Assembly: GCA_041655115.1 (NCBI GenBank)
Contig: JBBAGC010000001.1
Span: 1 to 52,774 of the forward strand
Source of the DNA: Spirochaetota bacterium
GTDB lineage: Bacteria; Spirochaetota; UBA4802; UBA5550
Reading direction: 5' to 3'
Length of the DNA stretch: 52,774 nt
Positions 49,021 through 52,774 of this stretch are shown here, one piece after another (position 1 is the stretch's first letter; each line of letters begins with the position of its first letter). Under the pieces are notes generated by a model. That model saw only the letters and a list, made by a program, of their open reading frames with translations, made no database searches and was not told where the DNA came from. Position numbers and translations under genes: made by a program.

Positions 49021-50292
49021 TTATCCCCGTATCATGCCGGCGGCGACGGTATTGTTGGTGGCCTCGTCGATGAGGATGAAACTGCCCGTTGTCCTGTTCT
49101 GCTTGTAAGGATCGAAGAGCAGGGGTCTGGTGGTTCTGAGCTGAACGCGGCAGATGTCGTTCATGACGATATGTTTTTCGTTTTCCATGCGGCTCAGTTC
49201 GTTGATGTCCATTTTGTAGATCACGTCCTTTATCATGGCCCGCACTTCCGCTGAGGTGTGTTTCAGGGCGTACTTGCCCCCCACTTGAAGTGGTTTTTCG
49301 CTGAACCAGCAGATCATGGCATCGATGTCCTGGCTTGTTGCGGGCTGGTTGTTGGGCTTGGCGATCATGTCGCCGCGGCTGATGTCAATGTTGTTTTCCA
49401 GTTCCAGTGACACAGACATGGGAGGATGGGCCTCCTCGACGGGCTGATCGTACTCATGAATTGACTTTACGATGCTTTCAAAGCCCGAGGGCAGGACCAC
49501 GATCCGCTCGCCCGTTCTGAAAACGCCGCTTACCACCCTGCCGCTGTAGCCGCGGTAGTCACGATACCCTTCTACGTCCTGGGGGCGAATCACATACTGT
49601 ATAGGGAAGCGGGCATCGATGACATTGTAGTCGCTGGCGATGTGGATGTTTTCGAAGAGGTACATGAGCGTGGGACCGTTGTACCAGGTCATCTGTTCCG
49701 ATCGGTTGACGATGTTGTCACCTTTCAGGGCGCTGATGGGAACAAACTGAATGTCGTTGATATCCATTTTCGAGGCAAACCGTTTATAGCTGTCAACGAT
49801 TTCTTCATAACGCCCCTCGGAGTAATCCACCAGGTCCATCTTGTTGACGCAGATGACCAGGTGGGGGATGCCGAGAAGTGAGGCGATGTAGGAATGCCGT
49901 TTGGTCTGCTCGATGACGCCGTTGCGCGCGTCCACCAGGATCAGGGCCAGGTTGACCGTTGACGCCCCCGTGACCATGTTCCGGGTGTACTGGGTGTGAC
50001 CGGGCGTATCGGCAATGATGAACTTGCGCTTCGGCGTGGCGAAATAGCGATAGGCCACGTCGATTGTAATGCCCTGTTCCCGTTCCGCCTTGAGTCCGTC
50101 GGTGAGAAGAGCCAGATCGACGTTTTTGAGACCTTTTTTGCGGCTCGTTCGTGTGACCGCTTCGAGCTGGTCCTCAAAAATACCCTTGCTGTCGTAGAGC
50201 AGCCGTCCGATGAGGGTGCTCTTTCCGTCGTCAACACTGCCTGCGGTAGAGAAGCGAAGCAGTTCCATGTCAAGGTACGATTTTTTCTTCAT
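49021..50292 (-). CDS. cysN: Sulfate adenylyltransferase subunit 1 (GTPase subunit, no fused APS kinase)
   Basis: [33 protein letters not shown] and NKMD GTPase motifs. The size is 423 aa. Confidence 0.9.
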   Translation of the reverse strand: MKKKSYLDMELLRFSTAGSVDDGKSTLIGRLLYDSKGIFEDQLEAVTRTSRKKGLKNVDLALLTDGLKAEREQGITIDVAYRYFATPKRKFIIADTPGHTQYTRNMVTGASTVNLALILVDARNGVIEQTKRHSYIASLLGIPHLVICVNKMDLVDYSEGRYEEIVDSYKRFASKMDINDIQFVPISALKGDNIVNRSEQMTWYNGPTLMYLFENIHIASDYNVIDARFPIQYVIRPQDVEGYRDYRGYSGRVVSGVFRTGERIVVLPSGFESIVKSIHEYDQPVEEAHPPMSVSLELENNIDISRGDMIAKPNNQPATSQDIDAMICWFSEKPLQVGGKYALKHTSAEVRAMIKDVIYKMDINELSRMENEKHIVMNDICRVQLRTTRPLLFDPYKQNRTTGSFILIDEATNNTVAAGMIRG

Positions 50293-50314
50293 ATCCTGCT
50301 TTCTGTCAAAAACT

Positions 50315-50509
50315 GGAGACCTTTCATTTTATCATTTCGAGAAGCATGGCGACGAGAAATCCATGTCCCGAGCACAGCGAGGGGTCTTCTAGACTTCTCA
50401 CATGCGTTCGAAGTGACCTTTAAAAATGTCATTTCGAGGAGCGAAGCGACGAGAAATCTTTCCTTGATATCGAAATGACACACAATCGATAGTTTTTCAA
50501 TAACGGTCT
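50315..50509 (-). mobile_element. MITE-like repeat copy R9 (reverse orientation), between cysD and cysN
   Basis: GAGACCTTTCATTTTATCATTTCGAG ... reversed core ... TCGAAATGACACACAATCGATAGTTTTTCAATAACGGTCTC. A perfect 5-bp direct repeat AACTG lies at 50310-50314 and 50510-50514. Confidence 0.85.
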
Positions 50510-50570
50510 CAACTGGATTTATTCTTCGAATACTGCATCTCGTTTTCGTGGGAATGACGTGAAGGAGGTT

Positions 50571-51479
50571 TTAAAAATAACCGTTGATCTTTCTGTCCTC
50601 CATGGCGGTATCAGAGCGTTTGTCGTCGAAACGGCCGCCCCGCTCGGTGATTCTCGAAGCGGCCACTTCCTGTATGATGTCTTCCACGGTGGACGCCTGG
50701 GAGGTGACAACGCCGGTACAGGTCATGTCGCCCACGGTGCGGCACCGGACGACCAATTCTTCGACCCGGTCGGCGTCGTCGACCTGGACATAGGGGGACA
50801 GGGCGAGCATGACGCCGTCACGGTGAACAACTTTTCGGGTGTGGGAAAAATAGATGTCCGGGATAGGAATATTCTCCAAGGCAATGTACTGCCAGACATC
50901 CATTTCGGTCCAGTTGCTCAAGGGGAAAACGCGGAAATGTTCGCCCATATGCTTTCGGCCGTTAAAAATGTTCCAGAGCTCGGGGCGCTGATTCTTGGGG
51001 TCCCACTGGCCGAAATCGTCGCGATGGGAGAAGAAACGTTCCTTGGCTCGGGCCTTTTCTTCATCACGGCGGGCACCGCCGATTGCCGTGTCGAATTTGT
51101 GTTCTTCGATGGCGTCAAGCAACGTGGTGGTCTGGAGAACGTTGCGGGACGTGTATTTCCCTGTTTCTTCCACAACACGCCCCCTGTCGATAGACTCCTG
51201 GACCGAGGCTACAATCAACTGCGCGTCGAGCATCGCGATAAAGGTATCACGGTATTTGATGGTTTCGGGAAAATTGTGGCCCGTGTCCACGTGCATGAAC
51301 GGATAGGGAATGCGCGCGGGGAAGAAGGCTTTTCTCGACAGCCGGCCGAGAACGATCGAATCCTTGCCGCCGGAAAAGAGCAGGACAGGGTTTTCAAACT
51401 GTGCCGCCACCTCCCGTAAAATAAAAACTGCTTCCGATTCCAGTTCCCGCAGGTGTGTGATGTAATATTGCTGTGGCAT
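50571..51479 (-). CDS. cysD: Sulfate adenylyltransferase subunit 2
   Basis: LRELESEAVFILREVAAQFENPVLLFSGGKDS (PP-loop) and the CysD-typical ...RISGYF-type C terminus (here KINGYF). The size is 302 aa. Confidence 0.9.
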   Translation of the reverse strand: MPQQYYITHLRELESEAVFILREVAAQFENPVLLFSGGKDSIVLGRLSRKAFFPARIPYPFMHVDTGHNFPETIKYRDTFIAMLDAQLIVASVQESIDRGRVVEETGKYTSRNVLQTTTLLDAIEEHKFDTAIGGARRDEEKARAKERFFSHRDDFGQWDPKNQRPELWNIFNGRKHMGEHFRVFPLSNWTEMDVWQYIALENIPIPDIYFSHTRKVVHRDGVMLALSPYVQVDDADRVEELVVRCRTVGDMTCTGVVTSQASTVEDIIQEVAASRITERGGRFDDKRSDTAMEDRKINGYF

Positions 51480-51506
51480 ACTGTAGCAGACACTCCTTTT
51501 AGCGTT

Positions 51507-52124
51507 TTATGTTCTATGGTAACTCGTGCTCAAAATACCCTCTTTTTCCAGATAGCCTACTATGATGCTGACGTTTTTGCTGATCGTGACGGCATTGTCG
51601 TTGACGAGGGTCAGTTCGGGGTTTACTGGTGGTTCGTACGGGGAATCGATGCCGGTGAAGTCCGGAATTTCTCCGTTCCGCGCCTTTTGGTAAAGGCCCT
51701 TGGGATCACGCCGTTCGCAGGTGGCGAGATCGGCATCGACGAAGATTTCGATAAAGTCGCCCTGCGGCATAAGATTCCGCACGAAATCCCGATCCTTGAT
51801 AAAGGGTGAAATGAACGCCGTCAGAACGATTATCCCGGCGTCCACGAACAGCTTTGCCACTTCGCCGATCCGTCGGATGTTTTCCCTCCGGGCTTCGTCG
51901 GTGAAGCCAAGGTCGGCGTTGAGACCATGGCGTATGTTGTCGCCGTCAAGAATGTAGGTGTGGATGATCCGGGCGTTAAGCACCGCTTCAAGCGCGTCGG
52001 CGAGCGTGGACTTGCCGCTACCCGAAAGACCGGTGAACCAGAGACAGGCGCCACGGTGGTTCTTGATTTGTTCGCGATCTTTTCGGGTAATCGTACCCGG
52101 ATGCCAGGTTACATAATTTTTCAT
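51507..52124 (-). CDS. cysC: Adenylyl-sulfate (APS) kinase
   Basis: CLWFTGLSGSGKSTLA P-loop, LDGDNIRHGLN, and FISPF motifs. Confidence 0.9.
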   Translation of the reverse strand: MKNYVTWHPGTITRKDREQIKNHRGACLWFTGLSGSGKSTLADALEAVLNARIIHTYILDGDNIRHGLNADLGFTDEARRENIRRIGEVAKLFVDAGIIVLTAFISPFIKDRDFVRNLMPQGDFIEIFVDADLATCERRDPKGLYQKARNGEIPDFTGIDSPYEPPVNPELTLVNDNAVTISKNVSIIVGYLEKEGILSTSYHRT

Positions 52125-52135
52125 CGGAATGTGGT

Positions 52136-52247
52136 GAGACCTTTAAAAACTATCGATTGTGCCATTTCGATATCAAGGAAAGATTTCTCGTCGCTTCGCT
52201 CCTCGAAATGACGGACCTTAAGACGCTCCTCGAAATGACGGATCTTG
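52136..52247 (+). mobile_element. MITE-like repeat copy R10 (left part only)
   Basis: GAGACCTTTAAAAACTATCGATTGTGCCATTTCGATATCAAGGAAAGATTTCTCGTCGCTTCGCTCCTCGAAATGAC..., the same hairpin module as at the start of R5. The right part is replaced at 52248 by the IS-end fragment. Confidence 0.7.
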
Positions 52248-52391
52248 GGGAGTAGTGCGTCCACAGAGGGAAAAACAGAGAAACGGGGACCTCCAATGGG
52301 TCATTCGGGCTGCAATAGGGGTCAGTCATAGAAGTAACAACGCTTTCGGACCGGACCTTTGGAGGGAAAGCAGAAATTGTTCAAAGTTCTC
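52248..52391 (+). mobile_element. Solo 3'-terminal fragment of the same IS type as 40513-41210
   Basis: GGGAGTAGTGCGTCCACAGAGGGAAAAACAGAGAAACGGGGAC... aligns by hand with 41018 onward and ends in CAAAGTTCTC (compare CAAACGTCTC at 41201-41210). There is an internal deletion relative to the first copy and no transposase sequence. Confidence 0.6.
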
Positions 52392-52774
52392 GAGTTTTTC
52401 AGGATCGACTATCGTATGGGATACCTTGTGAAATCTGCTCACTGCTTCCTCCTCATCGCCAGGATGTTGCGGTGACAACTCGGCATGAGGATAGCAGTGG
52501 GCGGCCTTAGAGGCCATACCCATACGGGACCGGCTTAGCCAATCCTTTATTACCCCACCCATAGGGTGGGGGTTTCTACTTCGATCTAAATCCAATCATT
52601 TGCTTAAACGGTAGCTATTGGAATAGTGAGTTTGCAGCACCGTTGAGAATGTCTTGTGCTATGGTTTTCAGATCTGCGATAAAATCAGTTTCTTGAATTG
52701 GCATATTCCATTTAACGGCTTTCATTTCTTGAACAGGAAAGGAGCTGATGATTTCAAACAGTACTATAGGATCA

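Noticed and set aside
47778-49073. A 431-aa plus-strand ORF
   Set aside because: It is antisense to rfbB and starts inside MITE copy R8. It has no recognisable motifs, whereas the minus-strand rfbB call is unambiguous.
50559-51419. A 286-aa plus-strand ORF
   Set aside because: It is antisense to cysD, and the cysD call on the minus strand is diagnostic (PP-loop).
52553-52571. A perfect 8-bp GC-rich hairpin, CCCCACCC-ATA-GGGTGGGG, followed by GTTTCTACTT
   Set aside because: It could be an intrinsic terminator in the plus orientation. However, there is no plus-strand gene upstream, the U-tract is weak and the loop is only 3 nt. Support is insufficient to call it.
52326-52595. An 89-aa minus-strand ORF at the right edge
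   Set aside because: Its 3' part overlaps the solo IS-end fragment, and its sequence shows no motif I recognise. I could not decide whether it is coding, so it is left unannotated.
52630-52740. A 36-codon minus-strand ORF (MKAVKWNMPIQETDFIADLKTIAQDILNGAANSLFQ) in the A+T-rich last 150 bp
   Set aside because: It is too short, has no clear RBS and no recognisable family, and the window ends here. It cannot be supported.

Overview
This window is mostly one co-directional surface-glycan biosynthesis array: 44 consecutive minus-strand CDS from 52124 down to 2434. At its left edge sits a scrambled mobile-element and toxin-antitoxin junction (1-2390). The junction holds a partial AbiEii-type toxin gene and a second truncated copy of its 3' end. 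It also holds a tRNA-Leu 3' fragment with an integrase remnant, and an RHH-antitoxin/MazF pair.

The glycan array encodes pathways for five predicted nucleotide sugars:
- UDP-L-FucNAc (fnlABC plus wbuB)
- a CDP-linked C-methylated 6-deoxyhexose (rfbFG plus epimerase, C-methyltransferase and reductase)
- GDP-L-fucose (gmd, fcl)
- dTDP-L-rhamnose (rfbACD, with rfbB displaced)
- probably GDP-heptose (hddA/hddC-like)

The array contains two paralogous polyprenyl-phosphate HexNAc-1-P transferases and two export routes (Wzx; Wzm/Wzt). A 1337-aa fusion protein has the order methyltransferase, coiled coil, GT2, GT4, methyltransferase. There are nine intact methyltransferase domains, one truncated methyltransferase, and an AT3-SGNH acyltransferase.

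The main candidate for something new is an A+T-rich cassette of two tandem sulfotransferases plus a radical-SAM/SPASM enzyme. A PAPS pathway (cysC-cysD-cysN) in the same array would supply its sulfate donor.

Ten copies of a MITE-like repeat with GAGACC...GGTCTC termini occupy most of the larger intergenic gaps. Five of them are flanked by perfect 5-bp target-site duplications.

All protein-family calls rest on motif recognition by eye. No database search was run, and the host taxon cannot be determined from the sequence alone.
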